This document shows, one piece after another, positions 10,156 through 20,531 of a stretch of 32,000 nt of DNA. The DNA is from a cyanobacterium endosymbiont of Braarudosphaera bigelowii. Its GTDB lineage: Bacteria; Cyanobacteriota; Cyanobacteriia; Cyanobacteriales; Microcystaceae. The stretch spans positions 1,110,001-1,142,000 of the forward strand of contig NZ_AP024987.1 in assembly GCF_020885515.1 (NCBI RefSeq). Direction: 5' to 3'. The notes below the pieces were generated by a model. That model did no database searches and was not told the origin of the DNA. It saw only the letters and a program-made list of their open reading frames with translations. The first letter of the stretch is position 1. Each line of letters starts with the position of its first letter. Position numbers and translations under genes: made by a program.

Positions 10156-10962
10156 ATGATGAAAAGACGACAATTTATAACCTATTCTGGCATTAGTGCT
10201 TTGTTTTTTTCTAAGTTATTTCCAAGTTTTCATTTTTCATCTCTAGCTGCTCAAGAGACTAATTCAAGTACTTTGTCCATTAAGTATCTAGGACATACAT
10301 GTTTTTTATTTAGCGGTGGTGGCTTAAGAGTTCTAGTTAATCCTTTTTTAACTATTGGATGTACTGCAGGTTATCGTTTACCAAATGTTGAAGCAGATTT
10401 AGTTATAACTAGTAGTCATATGTGGGATGAAGGAGCTGCTGATGGCTTACCTGGTACTCCTCGTATGTTGCATGAACCAGGAGTATATAAAATCAATGGA
10501 TTAGGATTTCAAGGTATTAGTATTGATCACGATAGAAAAGGTGGTAAACAATTTGGGAACAATGTCGCTTGGCGTTGGACGCAAGCAGGTATGCATATAG
10601 TTCATCTAGGTGGAGCAGCAGCACCAATTGATTTAGAACAAAAAATTTTATTAGGTAATCCTGATATTGCCTGTATTCCAGTAGGTGGTGGTCCAAAAGC
10701 TTATAATGCAGTAGAAGGAAGACAAGCAATGCAAGTCTTAAATCCTAAAATAATGATTCCCACTCATTACCGTACTTCTGCTGCTGATACAGAAAATTGT
10801 GATATTGATCCATTGAATAACTTTTTAGAATTAGAAAAAAGTACAAATATTAAAAAAATACATAGTGATCAGCTTTCTTTAACTTCTAAAGATTTGCCTC
10901 AACAGGATACACATATATACATATTTGATCACGAATCGTTATTAGTAAATAAAAGAATTTAA
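10156..10962 (+). CDS. MBL-fold metallohydrolase-like protein with N-terminal signal sequence (UlaG-like, cyanobacterial type)
   Basis: MKRRQFITYSGISALFFSKLF... signal (RR-containing), IKYLGHTCFLFSGGGLRVLVNPF, DLVITSSHMWDEG, HLGGAAAPI, IPVGGGPKAYNAVEG, MIPTHYRT. Confidence 0.8.
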   Translation: MMKRRQFITYSGISALFFSKLFPSFHFSSLAAQETNSSTLSIKYLGHTCFLFSGGGLRVLVNPFLTIGCTAGYRLPNVEADLVITSSHMWDEGAADGLPGTPRMLHEPGVYKINGLGFQGISIDHDRKGGKQFGNNVAWRWTQAGMHIVHLGGAAAPIDLEQKILLGNPDIACIPVGGGPKAYNAVEGRQAMQVLNPKIMIPTHYRTSAADTENCDIDPLNNFLELEKSTNIKKIHSDQLSLTSKDLPQQDTHIYIFDHESLLVNKRI

Positions 10963-10993
10963 CTTATATCAAATCTTCAACATCATGGCTAAA

Positions 10994-13225
10994 TTAATTC
11001 TCTCCTAAAACTTCATGGAAATTAAATTCCGGAGCAGCTAACACAAATATTATTGTTGGTAATGCTTTAGTCCATTGCTGTAGCTTTTCATAGTTAGGAA
11101 CAAATGATTTATCAGGGGAGGGCATACCTAAAAACACAAAATCTGCTCCGATCGAAGACTGTTCTAGAATAGTCGTAAAATTACGTCCATTAGAAAGAAT
11201 GACTTCTGATGTCGCACCAATTCTTAGGTCTTGAACTAATTTTCCTAGATTTTGCTGGGCCTCTTTAACAGCACTTTCGTCGGTAACTACTAGCTTCAAA
11301 TGAATTTTCCCTTTTCTCCACTGGGGGTTAGAGCATAGTAAATAGGCTAAAACTAGCATCAAACTACCATTGCCTTGTCTTCCACCACTCCACCACACAT
11401 CTATATGGCAACGACGATTTTTAGATTCTTTCCACGGGTTATATAATAAATCAGGATTTTCTCTTAAGACGATTACATTTCTTTGTGCTTTGTGAAAATT
11501 AGCTATCATTTGACAATAACGTTTACGGTGAGTAGCTTGTTGAGAGTCACCTAATAAAATTGTATTTGGAACAATTGATCCCAAGCCATAAGTTTCCACT
11601 AACCGCTCTGCTCCATCAAATGGATCAGGAGCTGTTACCAATCTAACTAAAGCTTTTACTCCTCTTCGCTGCAAGTAATCTCTAATACGCTTTTCCAGAA
11701 TTGCCTGTCGTGCTACATCGCGTGAACCTACAGGCAAAACACTAGAAACAGTTATTAAACCACGATTATAAGTTAGAGCCTGTGCTAGCTGAATTAAAGG
11801 CCAACGTTTAGTTGGTGCCCCAGATAATACTAAAAATTGAGGTCGCCAATTTTTAGTATCATTAGTATGGTCAGTCTGTAAAATAGCCATTCGGAGAACG
11901 GCCATCCAAACACCTCGCCTTACATCTCCCCAAGTTGCCGATAATTCTCTTTGACGTACCCAAAAATAAATGCTTATAACTACTACTCCTGCTACACAAG
12001 TAGCTATCGTATCAATTAAAAACATTACCCCTAAACAACCTATTGCACCTAACCATGAGAATAGCCAATGTACTCTAAAAGAAGGACGAAATGAAGGACT
12101 GTTTAATACACCTTCCACCCCAGCAGAAATGTTTAAAACTAAGTAGGTAGTTAAAAAGAACATCGTTAAGATTGGAGCTATTAAATTTAAATCTCCAATA
12201 CACACTGCTGCAAGAGCTATTACAAAAGTAACTAAAGTTCCTATTTTTGGCTCATCATCTGGGCCACTACCTTGACCTAGGAATCTCATCCATGTTGGTA
12301 AAATACCATCTCTAGCCAAAGCCTGAAGAATACGCGGGGCACCCAATATGCTACCAATTGCACTACTTAAGGTTGCTCCCCAAACTCCAACAGAAATAGC
12401 TGGTCCCCAAAGTGCCATTCTTTGCATTATTAAGGGTTCTGCTATTAAAGTACTGCCATTGGCACGCATCGCTAAAAATATCGGTAATGTAATATAAATC
12501 AAAAATCCTGTACCTACAGCAGCTAAAGTGCCAATAGGTAAAGATCTAATTGGGTCACGTAGATCTCCTGACATATTGACACCAGCCATAATGCCTGTTA
12601 CAGCTGGAAAAAAAACTGCAAAAACAGCCCAGAAAGGTTCTCTATCAGTTACCCACATTTCTACATTAACTTCTTCAACAGGATAGCCAAAATAGAAAGA
12701 TAATAAGGAAACAGCAATAGCAGCCATGATAAAGTATTGTGCTTTTATTGCTATTTTTGCTGACGTTATACTTATTATTCCGACTCCAATTGTTACAACC
12801 AGAGCAATATAAAGTTGATTAAGATTCAGCATAGGGAAAGCAGCCACAACACTTTCAGCAAAACCAATAGTGTAAAGAGCGACAGACAAAGCTTGAGCAA
12901 AATATAATGGAATACCTACTGCACCACCAGTCTCAATACCAAGAGAACGACTGATCATATAGTAAGCTCCTCCAGTTCTGATAATGCGATCTGTAGCTAT
13001 AGCACACACAGAAAGAGCTGTAAAAAAAGTTATGGAATTAGCTAGAATAACGATTAGAATTGCTCCCATCAATCCTGCGTTACCAACTACCCAGCCAAAG
13101 CGAAGATACATGATCACACCAAGGATAGTAAGAGTTGAGGGAGTATAAACACCTCCGAAAGTTTCTAATCCTTGTTTTTTATTAGTTTTTTTGGCGGGGG
13201 AAAAAAATTGAAAGAGCAATTTCAC
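10994..13225 (-). CDS. APC/SLC12-type (Na-K-Cl cotransporter-like) membrane transporter with C-terminal cytoplasmic domain
   Basis: YTPSTLTILGVIMYLRFGWVVGNAGLMGAI, GGAYYMISRSLGIETGGAVGIPLYFAQ, about 12 hydrophobic segments, LGAPRILQALARDG, long soluble C-terminal half. Confidence 0.85.
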   Translation of the reverse strand: MKLLFQFFSPAKKTNKKQGLETFGGVYTPSTLTILGVIMYLRFGWVVGNAGLMGAILIVILANSITFFTALSVCAIATDRIIRTGGAYYMISRSLGIETGGAVGIPLYFAQALSVALYTIGFAESVVAAFPMLNLNQLYIALVVTIGVGIISITSAKIAIKAQYFIMAAIAVSLLSFYFGYPVEEVNVEMWVTDREPFWAVFAVFFPAVTGIMAGVNMSGDLRDPIRSLPIGTLAAVGTGFLIYITLPIFLAMRANGSTLIAEPLIMQRMALWGPAISVGVWGATLSSAIGSILGAPRILQALARDGILPTWMRFLGQGSGPDDEPKIGTLVTFVIALAAVCIGDLNLIAPILTMFFLTTYLVLNISAGVEGVLNSPSFRPSFRVHWLFSWLGAIGCLGVMFLIDTIATCVAGVVVISIYFWVRQRELSATWGDVRRGVWMAVLRMAILQTDHTNDTKNWRPQFLVLSGAPTKRWPLIQLAQALTYNRGLITVSSVLPVGSRDVARQAILEKRIRDYLQRRGVKALVRLVTAPDPFDGAERLVETYGLGSIVPNTILLGDSQQATHRKRYCQMIANFHKAQRNVIVLRENPDLLYNPWKESKNRRCHIDVWWSGGRQGNGSLMLVLAYLLCSNPQWRKGKIHLKLVVTDESAVKEAQQNLGKLVQDLRIGATSEVILSNGRNFTTILEQSSIGADFVFLGMPSPDKSFVPNYEKLQQWTKALPTIIFVLAAPEFNFHEVLGEN

Positions 13226-13346
13226 AGGTTATTAAAAATAAATCTAATTAATCACAGATATTATGCCAGATTTTTTGATACTGCTAAATGTTTAACTAAT
13301 AATTTACTATGTTATTAATTAAATGTGTGATGGTTAATGTATTGTA

Positions 13347-14060
13347 CTATTCTTTTTTTAGTTCATCGTCACTTGTCTCAAGAACATTTTCTTCCTTCTG
13401 AGATATACGCTTTTTTCGGTCAAATTCCAATGAATCTTCAATAGCTGTTAACAACTGTTGCATTTTCTCTAAGTTACCACAGTATACTTCAAGGTCTTTT
13501 TGTATTTTTTCCGATGAAAGTTTTAAATCATTAGCTATCTGATTTATTGCCTTATTATACTCTTCCTTACTTTCTACTAAGTCAGAGCTAATTTTTTCTA
13601 GTAAAGAATATAAACCAATAGCTAATAAACGACTATATTTAAACTTAGAATTTTCAGCTATAGAATAATAAGATTTCCAAAGTAACTTTTCATTAATTTC
13701 TTCTTGAGATAATCTTACAATATTTCCTTTAAAATCTGAAACAGATAGCATTTCAGCTTCATGTAATATAGTATCTGATTCCTCTAGATATCGTTTGGTA
13801 TCTCCTCCAGTCGATTTACACAATGCATCAAATATTAGATCTTGATGATCATCCGGTTGATACCCATACATGAATTTTTTGAATAAGGTAACAACTCCTA
13901 AAGCATAAATGGGATTATATTGGTAATCTGCATTTACTGATAGTAAATGCATTTCTACTAGGAGCTCTTCTATAAATCGTCTATAAATTGAGCTGATTGG
14001 TCTAGTAAAGAAATTGTAGAACTCACGTTTTGTATCAGAAACAGTACGAATATTATCCAC
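13347..14060 (-). CDS. thf1: Thylakoid formation protein Thf1 / Psb29
   Basis: NIRTVSDTKREFYNFFTRPISSIYRRFIEELLVEMHLLSVNADYQYNPIYALGVVTLFKKFMYGYQPD is characteristic of Thf1/Psb29; acidic/basic C-terminal coiled-coil tail. Confidence 0.92.
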   Translation of the reverse strand: MDNIRTVSDTKREFYNFFTRPISSIYRRFIEELLVEMHLLSVNADYQYNPIYALGVVTLFKKFMYGYQPDDHQDLIFDALCKSTGGDTKRYLEESDTILHEAEMLSVSDFKGNIVRLSQEEINEKLLWKSYYSIAENSKFKYSRLLAIGLYSLLEKISSDLVESKEEYNKAINQIANDLKLSSEKIQKDLEVYCGNLEKMQQLLTAIEDSLEFDRKKRISQKEENVLETSDDELKKE

Positions 14061-14227
14061 GAAATAGATTGTAAATTATTTTTAATGATGGTCTTTAGTT
14101 ATTCTCTCTTGTAAAGTACTATTTTGCAAAGTAAGTCATATAAAAATTTAAATGTAACTTATTCTGATTATCCTTAATAAGGAATAAAATTGAATTTAGT
14201 GAGCGTAGAATTTAATAATCATAATAT

Positions 14228-14926
14228 TCAAGAATAAATTTTTAATTCGCATTGGCAAGACAATTTACCATAATTTAAAGAAAGTTGATTAATACAAAAA
14301 TCAGGTCCTAAATCTAATAATATTTCCCTATCTAAACAAGTATCTAACCCAGATAAACCTCTGATCTCGACTTCTTTTAAGCTAAGAGTTTGAGTAGAAG
14401 TTATGTTTGGTCTCAACTTAATTGTGATAGATTCAATTACCTCCTCGTATAGTGATACTACTTGTATGGTTATATTAGAACAATCAATATTAATCTCCTT
14501 CAACTGAAAAGTCATATTACTTATTCTTCGTGAAAATTTTGTAAACTCTTTATGTTCCAATAAAATATTCAAAAGATATTTAATGCTATCCTGAAGCATT
14601 GTTGACGAAATAGATGCTTTCAAACTTTCATTACTTATAGCAACTTCTCCAGATATTTTAATATCTTTTAGTAATTTTAAAGATTGTCCTCTTAAAATTT
14701 GACCTACGTTTATGCGAATATTCCTCGCTTTTAACTTAATTTCTTCTAAAGATAATCCTTTATAAACTAGTTGATGGCTATCTAATATTATTTCAGGTAT
14801 ATAACCGCTTAAAAACTGATAATCACTACCTTCAATAGATAAATTCAAGGTCTCTAGTTTTTCGACCTGTGAATTTAACCAAAGCTTTAAAGCAGGAGTT
14901 AATATCTTTGTAATAATTTTGCTCAT
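14228..14926 (-). CDS. DUF2993-like (LmeA-type) protein
   Basis: SKIITKILTPALKLWLNSQVEKLETLNLSIEGSDYQFLSGYIPEIILDSHQLVYKGLSLEEIKLKARNIRINVGQILRG resembles cyanobacterial DUF2993 proteins. Confidence 0.7.
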   Translation of the reverse strand: MSKIITKILTPALKLWLNSQVEKLETLNLSIEGSDYQFLSGYIPEIILDSHQLVYKGLSLEEIKLKARNIRINVGQILRGQSLKLLKDIKISGEVAISNESLKASISSTMLQDSIKYLLNILLEHKEFTKFSRRISNMTFQLKEINIDCSNITIQVVSLYEEVIESITIKLRPNITSTQTLSLKEVEIRGLSGLDTCLDREILLDLGPDFCINQLSLNYGKLSCQCELKIYS

Positions 14927-15215
14927 ATTAAATATTTTGGCTAAACAATAAATTTATTATTTTGTAAATCTTCGCTATGTTAACCTTAGTTATATTTTTC
15001 TTGTAAAGTTTTAAGTTCAATAATTTAACTTTTAATTGATTTTTTCTGTTGATTATCATCCCGAGACTATAGAAAAATATTAAATCGTTTAAAATCTCGT
15101 TATATCTACATGCATCTGATGCTTAGCAACATTGTTGATTTCAGCATTCTAGGAAATAACAATAAACAATTACTCTATTTAAGAAATTACTAGAATTCAC
15201 CATAAAATTAACTAT

Positions 15216-16187
15216 ATGAAAAATAAAGAAAATTTATTAAGTATTGCGCCAATGATGGATCGAACTGATCGTCATTTTCGTTACTTTATAAGACAAATTA
15301 CCAAACATACTCTACTGTATACGGAAATGATATCTACAGCAGCTATTCAAAATGGTAATAAATCAAAACTTTTAGATTTTTCGCCCGAGGAAAAGCCTTT
15401 ATCTCTACAATTAGGGGGTAATGACCCTTATATACTAGGTAAATGCGCAGTAGTGGCAGAAGACTGGGGGTATGATGAAGTGAATTTAAATGTTGGGTGT
15501 CCTAGTGATAGAGTGCAAGACGGACGCTTTGGAGCTTGTTTGATGGCTGAGCCAGAATTAGTGGCTAAGTCAGTTGAAAAAATGAAAAATTCAGTTAGTA
15601 TACCAATTACAGTAAAGCATAGAATTGGTATTGACAATCATGATGATTATGATAGCTTAAAGAACTTTGTACGTATAGTTTCGGAATCTGGATGTGAAAA
15701 ATTCACGGTGCATGCCCGTAAAGCTTGGTTAAAAGGGTTAAGTCCAAAAGAAAATCGTAATATTCCTCCTTTAAGGTATCAGGATGTCTATCGTCTTAAG
15801 GAAGATTTTCCTCATCTTATTATTGAAATTAATGGAGGAATCATTAGTCTAGAGCAGGTAAGTAATCACTTACAATTTGTTAATTCTGTTATGCTAGGAA
15901 GAGCAGCTTATGATAATCCTTATCTACTGGCTACGGTAGATAGAAAATTTTATCAAAGTAAAGCCTTACCATTAACTCGCTATCAGATTATAGAAAATAC
16001 ACTACCTTACATAGAATATTGGACAAGTCGCGGTTTAAAATTACACAATATCACTAGACATCTTTTAGCTTTATTTTTAGGTATGTCTGGAACTAAAGAA
16101 TGGAAAAAATATATTGGCAAAAATTCTCATTTTATTGGTCAAGATTCTAAGACTATTCTTTATGCACTAGATAAAGTAAAAAACTAA
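15216..16187 (+). CDS. dusA: tRNA-dihydrouridine(20/20a) synthase DusA
   Basis: SIAPMMDRTDRHFRYFIR, PLSLQLGGNDP, EVNLNVGCPSDRVQDGRFGACLM, VKHRIGID, FTVHARKAWLKGLSPKENR, VMLGRAAYDNPYLL. Confidence 0.95.
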   Translation: MKNKENLLSIAPMMDRTDRHFRYFIRQITKHTLLYTEMISTAAIQNGNKSKLLDFSPEEKPLSLQLGGNDPYILGKCAVVAEDWGYDEVNLNVGCPSDRVQDGRFGACLMAEPELVAKSVEKMKNSVSIPITVKHRIGIDNHDDYDSLKNFVRIVSESGCEKFTVHARKAWLKGLSPKENRNIPPLRYQDVYRLKEDFPHLIIEINGGIISLEQVSNHLQFVNSVMLGRAAYDNPYLLATVDRKFYQSKALPLTRYQIIENTLPYIEYWTSRGLKLHNITRHLLALFLGMSGTKEWKKYIGKNSHFIGQDSKTILYALDKVKN

Positions 16188-16624
16188 TTTTTTCTAATAA
16201 CTCTAACCATATAGATTTGTGAATCTAGCAATGGTTTATTATCTATAGTTTTAAACTCAAAAAATACTTAAATTATCTAGTTTTATTTTAATAAATAGAA
16301 GATATATATTAATTTTACAATAACGTTTATATTGAAAACACCACATTTTGATTTTTTATTTAGACTTATTAAAAACCTATCTTTTAGAAAATAGAGATGT
16401 TACAGCGAATGGTTGAATGATACGATATGAGAAGACTTGGCAACTTATATTATCACAATACGAATTATAAAAATCAAACAATTCAATAGATTTAATTGTT
16501 TTAAACCATTATAAACATATTCGAAAAAATAGAAAGTATAAGAGTATAATAAAAGATTTGACAATTTTGATTAGTTTTATACATAACCTATAACAAGAGA
16601 AAATATTCGTTTTTGACTTTTGCA

Positions 16625-16665
16625 ACCTTAAATAAGATAAATTCTAAATTAACTTTATTTAAGGT
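16625..16665. repeat. 11-bp perfect inverted repeat with 19-nt loop in the dusA-folE spacer
   Basis: ACCTTAAATAA ... TTATTTAAGGT. Confidence 0.6.
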
Positions 16666-16819
16666 GGAGAGACTTATATATTCTTATTGAGACTTTAATA
16701 TGCAAAAAAATTAATATTAGTTACTGACCTAATTAAAATAGTAATTAATGCTTATATTATTTTTAGATTTTATTTTCTAACGTACAAATGTTGACTGTCT
16801 TATTGTTTAATAAATAATT

Positions 16820-16890
16820 ATCTTTTTTAGTATTAACTGAGGAGATTCTAGTATTTTACTAGAATCTCCTCAGTTAATACTAAAAAAGAT
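16820..16890. repeat. Perfect 34-bp inverted repeat with 3-nt loop, downstream of folE
   Basis: ATCTTTTTTAGTATTAACTGAGGAGATTCTAGTA-TTT-TACTAGAATCTCCTCAGTTAATACTAAAAAAGAT, verified pair by pair. Confidence 0.96.
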
Positions 16891-16905
16891 TCTCAAATTA
16901 TTCAT

Positions 16906-17616
16906 TTAAAAAGGCTTTGGTTGGTGACGAACTAAGTTGAGAAACTCTTCTCGAGTTTTTTGTTCTTCGTTAAATTTACCGACCATTGTACTAGTTACAG
17001 TCCAAGAGCCAGGCTTTTGGACCCCTCGCATTACCATACACATATGGCTAGCTTCCATAACAACTGCAACACCACGTGGTTCTAAGACCTCCTGAATAGC
17101 ATCAGCAATTTGACGGGTCAGACGTTCTTGTACTTGCAAGCGACGCGAATACATTTCTACAATCCGAGCTAATTTACTCAACCCAATCACTTTGTTGTTA
17201 GGTATATAAGCAACATGAGCACGTCCCATAAATGGCAACATATGATGTTCACATAAACTAAAAAAGTTAATGTCTCTTATCAAAACCATTTCATTATGTC
17301 CTTCATCAAAAATAGCTCCATTGACTAATTCAGCCAAAGACTGATTATAGCCTGCTGTTAGAAACTCCATGGAAGTTGCAACACGATATGGAGTTTTTAA
17401 TAATCCTTCACGATTAGGATCTTCTCCTAGTGCTTCAAGAATAGAATAAACAGCATCTTCTATTTTTTTTATATTTACATCCAGATTATTTGGGTCTGTA
17501 GATTTTTGTTTATTGTGATTATTTTGAGTATTAATTTGATCAACTAAATCGGAATTAAGATTATTAGAACTGTTTGATTTAGAAGAATTGAATCTGTTAG
17601 AAGAATCTCTTGTCAT
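16906..17616 (-). CDS. folE: GTP cyclohydrolase I FolE
   Basis: [92 protein letters not shown]. Confidence 0.97.
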   Translation of the reverse strand: MTRDSSNRFNSSKSNSSNNLNSDLVDQINTQNNHNKQKSTDPNNLDVNIKKIEDAVYSILEALGEDPNREGLLKTPYRVATSMEFLTAGYNQSLAELVNGAIFDEGHNEMVLIRDINFFSLCEHHMLPFMGRAHVAYIPNNKVIGLSKLARIVEMYSRRLQVQERLTRQIADAIQEVLEPRGVAVVMEASHMCMVMRGVQKPGSWTVTSTMVGKFNEEQKTREEFLNLVRHQPKPF

Positions 17617-17643
17617 AGTTAAAGTAAAATGCTGATCTAATTA

Positions 17644-18372
17644 TTAAAGGTTCCCACAACTAGGTAAAATCGTTATTTCTTCAATGACGGCCTCTACTGG
17701 TAATAGTGCCACATGAAGAATGGTTTGTGCGACTAAATCAGGAGTGAGCATAACAGTACGGTCAAAATTTTTTTGAACAGTGATTGTATCCCATATTGGT
17801 GTACTGACAGCCCCAGGCATAATTGTTGTTACACGAATACCGTTGCTTCGTTCTTCTTCCGCTAGTATCTTAGAAAAAGATAAAAGTGCAGCCTTACTTA
17901 CAGAATATGCTCCCCAGTTAGGAAAAATATTTGTTGCTGCAGTAGAAGAAATATTAATGATAGTTCCTTTCATATGTTTTCGCATATGAGGTAAAACTCC
18001 CTGAACACATTGAAAAACACTAGTTAAATTTAAATTAAGTACTTTTTGCCAATCTGTTAAAGATGTTTCTCTCAAGAAATTGGTATACCCTATACCAGCA
18101 TTGTTAACAATAATGTCAATACTATTAAAGTCACTAATTATTTCTTGGATTCGCATCGATACCATATCTAATTCACTTAAATCTATTACGTATGGTTTTA
18201 CTTTAACGCCTTCCTTTATCGATTCTTTAGCTACATTCTCTAGAGATTCTAAGGAACGACCAACCAAAGCAGTATTAATACCTGCACGAGCAAAAGCTAA
18301 ACTAGTTGCTTTTCCAATACCGCTACTGGCTCCAGTAATAATCGCATTTAATTTAATTGAGGAAGAACTCAT
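17644..18372 (-). CDS. Short-chain dehydrogenase/reductase family protein
   Basis: AIITGASSGIGKATSLAFAR, NNAGIG, Ser...YSVSKAALL (YxxxK), PGAVSTPIW. Confidence 0.93.
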   Translation of the reverse strand: MSSSSIKLNAIITGASSGIGKATSLAFARAGINTALVGRSLESLENVAKESIKEGVKVKPYVIDLSELDMVSMRIQEIISDFNSIDIIVNNAGIGYTNFLRETSLTDWQKVLNLNLTSVFQCVQGVLPHMRKHMKGTIINISSTAATNIFPNWGAYSVSKAALLSFSKILAEEERSNGIRVTTIMPGAVSTPIWDTITVQKNFDRTVMLTPDLVAQTILHVALLPVEAVIEEITILPSCGNL

Positions 18373-18648
18373 AGTATAATGAAGGCCTTTAGCTGATTTC
18401 TTAAGAAAAATATATAAGTTAGCTAAGAATTATCTAAATAACAGAGTTAAAGATCAGATATGCTTAATTGCTACCTAATATTCATTGGGCTTAGAACTTC
18501 AATATCATTAGAGGGAAAAATCTTTATGAACTTGAAGCTAGTCAATACTTAAGGTGAACTTAAGGATTTGTCCTAAGTCTCCCATAATATTATGATAGCA
18601 TTTCCTAGAAAATTCTGTTAGCAAGTTAAAAAAACTCACTTTTTAAAT

Positions 18649-19647
18649 TTATTGATAACCTGGACAATCTGACCCTGGATCAAAAAATATACCTATTTTT
18701 CGGAACTTTTCATATCTTAATTCTTTCCTTGTCTTTATGGTCGAACTGGATAATTCATCAAGATTCTGAAGCAACACTTTTTTTAAAATTACTGCAGTTT
18801 CTAGTGGTTTTACATGAGCACCACCAGAAGGCTCAGGTATGATAGAGTCAATGATGTTTAATCTTTTAAGATCATTTGCTGTAATTTTAAGAGCAGTCGC
18901 AGCTTGTGAGGATTTTTTTGCATCTTTCCAAAGAATAGCAGCACAAGCTTCAGGAGTTGCTACAGTATAAACTGAGTGTTCGAGCATAAGGATTCTGTCT
19001 CCAACTCCAATACCCAATGCTCCTCCTGAGCCTCCTTCTCCAATAACAGTACAAATAATAGGAACATCGAAACTAAACATTCTACGAAGATTGAATGCGA
19101 TTGCTTCTCCCTGACCAAGCTTTTCAGCTTCTACACCAGCCCAAGCCCCTGGAGTGTCGATAAAAGTTAAAATTGGCATAAAAAACTGATTCGCATGCTC
19201 CATTAAACGAATAGCTTTACGATATCCTCCAGGAGCCGGCATACCAAAATTTCTTGCTACATTATCTTTAGTATCTCTTCCTTTCTGATGACCAAGAATT
19301 ACTACAGGACGACCTCCTATACGAGCAATTCCACCTACTAAGGCAGGATCATCATAGCCTCCACGATCACCATGTAATTCTATCCATTCATCAGTAATTG
19401 ATTGGATATAGTCTAAAGTACTTGGACGACGAGGATGGCGAGCAAGTTGTAGGCGTTGAGATGGAGTTAAACCATTAAAAATTTCTCTCCTCAAATTTTC
19501 TGCACGATTTCCAAGTTGAGTAATTTGCTCAGTAACATCCACATTGTTTTCTTTGGCCAATCTTCGAATTTGCTCAATTCGAGCCTCTAATTCCCATAAT
19601 GGCTTTTCGAAATCTAGTAAAAAGACGCGGCGCTCATTTTTATTCAT
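18649..19647 (-). CDS. accA: Acetyl-CoA carboxylase carboxyltransferase subunit alpha
   Basis: [101 protein letters not shown]. Confidence 0.97.
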   Translation of the reverse strand: MNKNERRVFLLDFEKPLWELEARIEQIRRLAKENNVDVTEQITQLGNRAENLRREIFNGLTPSQRLQLARHPRRPSTLDYIQSITDEWIELHGDRGGYDDPALVGGIARIGGRPVVILGHQKGRDTKDNVARNFGMPAPGGYRKAIRLMEHANQFFMPILTFIDTPGAWAGVEAEKLGQGEAIAFNLRRMFSFDVPIICTVIGEGGSGGALGIGVGDRILMLEHSVYTVATPEACAAILWKDAKKSSQAATALKITANDLKRLNIIDSIIPEPSGGAHVKPLETAVILKKVLLQNLDELSSSTIKTRKELRYEKFRKIGIFFDPGSDCPGYQ

Positions 19648-19768
19648 CAGTCATTATGATAAATTAATAGTCTATGGTAGATTGATATGATTAAGATAAA
19701 AAATAACCGTAGTTACTTAAAATCAACTGGTCTAATAAAATTAGTATTTTTATGTTGCTTTTTAGTAT

Positions 19769-20299
19769 TTAGAGATTTTTCAGTGTTTGAAAATTATCTA
19801 GCATATCTAATGTTTCCTGATAGCAAGTCTTATTTTTTTGTTGATAGCATAATATTTTTGCGGTTTTTAAATCAGTAATTGCCTCCCGTAAATGTCCTAG
19901 CTTATAAGATACATTCGCTCTTGCTATGTATATATCTACCATATTACTATTAAGCCTTATAGCCTTATCAAAATCAGCAATTGCACTTATATTATAGTTA
20001 ATTTTTTCATAAGCAATTCCACGATTGTAATAAGCTTCTATGTCATAAGGACTTAAACGAATAACCTTTGTAAAATCAATAATAGCCTTTAGATAATCTC
20101 CTTGAATACCTTTTTCCATTCCCTTTATCAAGAGATCGTTTAGGGAGTGATTTGAAAGATAATTTTGAGAGATTAGAATGAATTTTGATGTTGGTAGAGA
20201 AACTACAGGATAAATTAAACTAAATGCAGATAAAAACTGCACAAAATATAAAAATAACTTTCTTTTTTTAGATAAATACAACACTGCTTTAATAATCAT
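19769..20299 (-). CDS. TPR-repeat protein with N-terminal hydrophobic segment
   Basis: Signal/TM segment (LFLYFVQFLSAFSLIYPVVS) followed by tandem TPR-like units (GDYLKAIIDFTKVIRLSPYDIEAYYNRGIAYEKINYNISAIADFDKAIRLNSNMVDIYIARA). Confidence 0.8.
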   Translation of the reverse strand: MIIKAVLYLSKKRKLFLYFVQFLSAFSLIYPVVSLPTSKFILISQNYLSNHSLNDLLIKGMEKGIQGDYLKAIIDFTKVIRLSPYDIEAYYNRGIAYEKINYNISAIADFDKAIRLNSNMVDIYIARANVSYKLGHLREAITDLKTAKILCYQQKNKTCYQETLDMLDNFQTLKNL

Positions 20300-20531
20300 T
20301 AGTTTAGCTATTGGTATAACAAAATTTTTAATTAATCGGCAAGCTTTTAGCTTTTTATCTTTTGTTTATTTCGACTATAAAGAAAAAGTTTTATGATAAG
20401 AAAAGATAAGTTATGAATGTTCTTATTTATATAAAGAAACTATCTGTATAGATAAGAATTTTAATTTCCATATCTATAATTTACTCAAATTAATGCTTCA
20501 TTACTTTATTCAACAGGAGATATAAAAATCA

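Noticed and set aside
10517-10729. 70-aa minus-strand ORF
   Set aside because: Fully antisense within the MBL-fold gene, low-complexity Leu/Tyr-rich translation.
15428-15637. 69-aa minus-strand ORF
   Set aside because: Shadow ORF antisense to conserved dusA.
17780-18379. Two plus-strand ORFs (17780..17989 and 18080..18379)
   Set aside because: Antisense shadow ORFs of the SDR gene; no family resemblance.
19687-19878. 63-aa plus-strand ORF
   Set aside because: Partly antisense to the TPR gene 3' end, hydrophobic low-complexity, no supporting homology.
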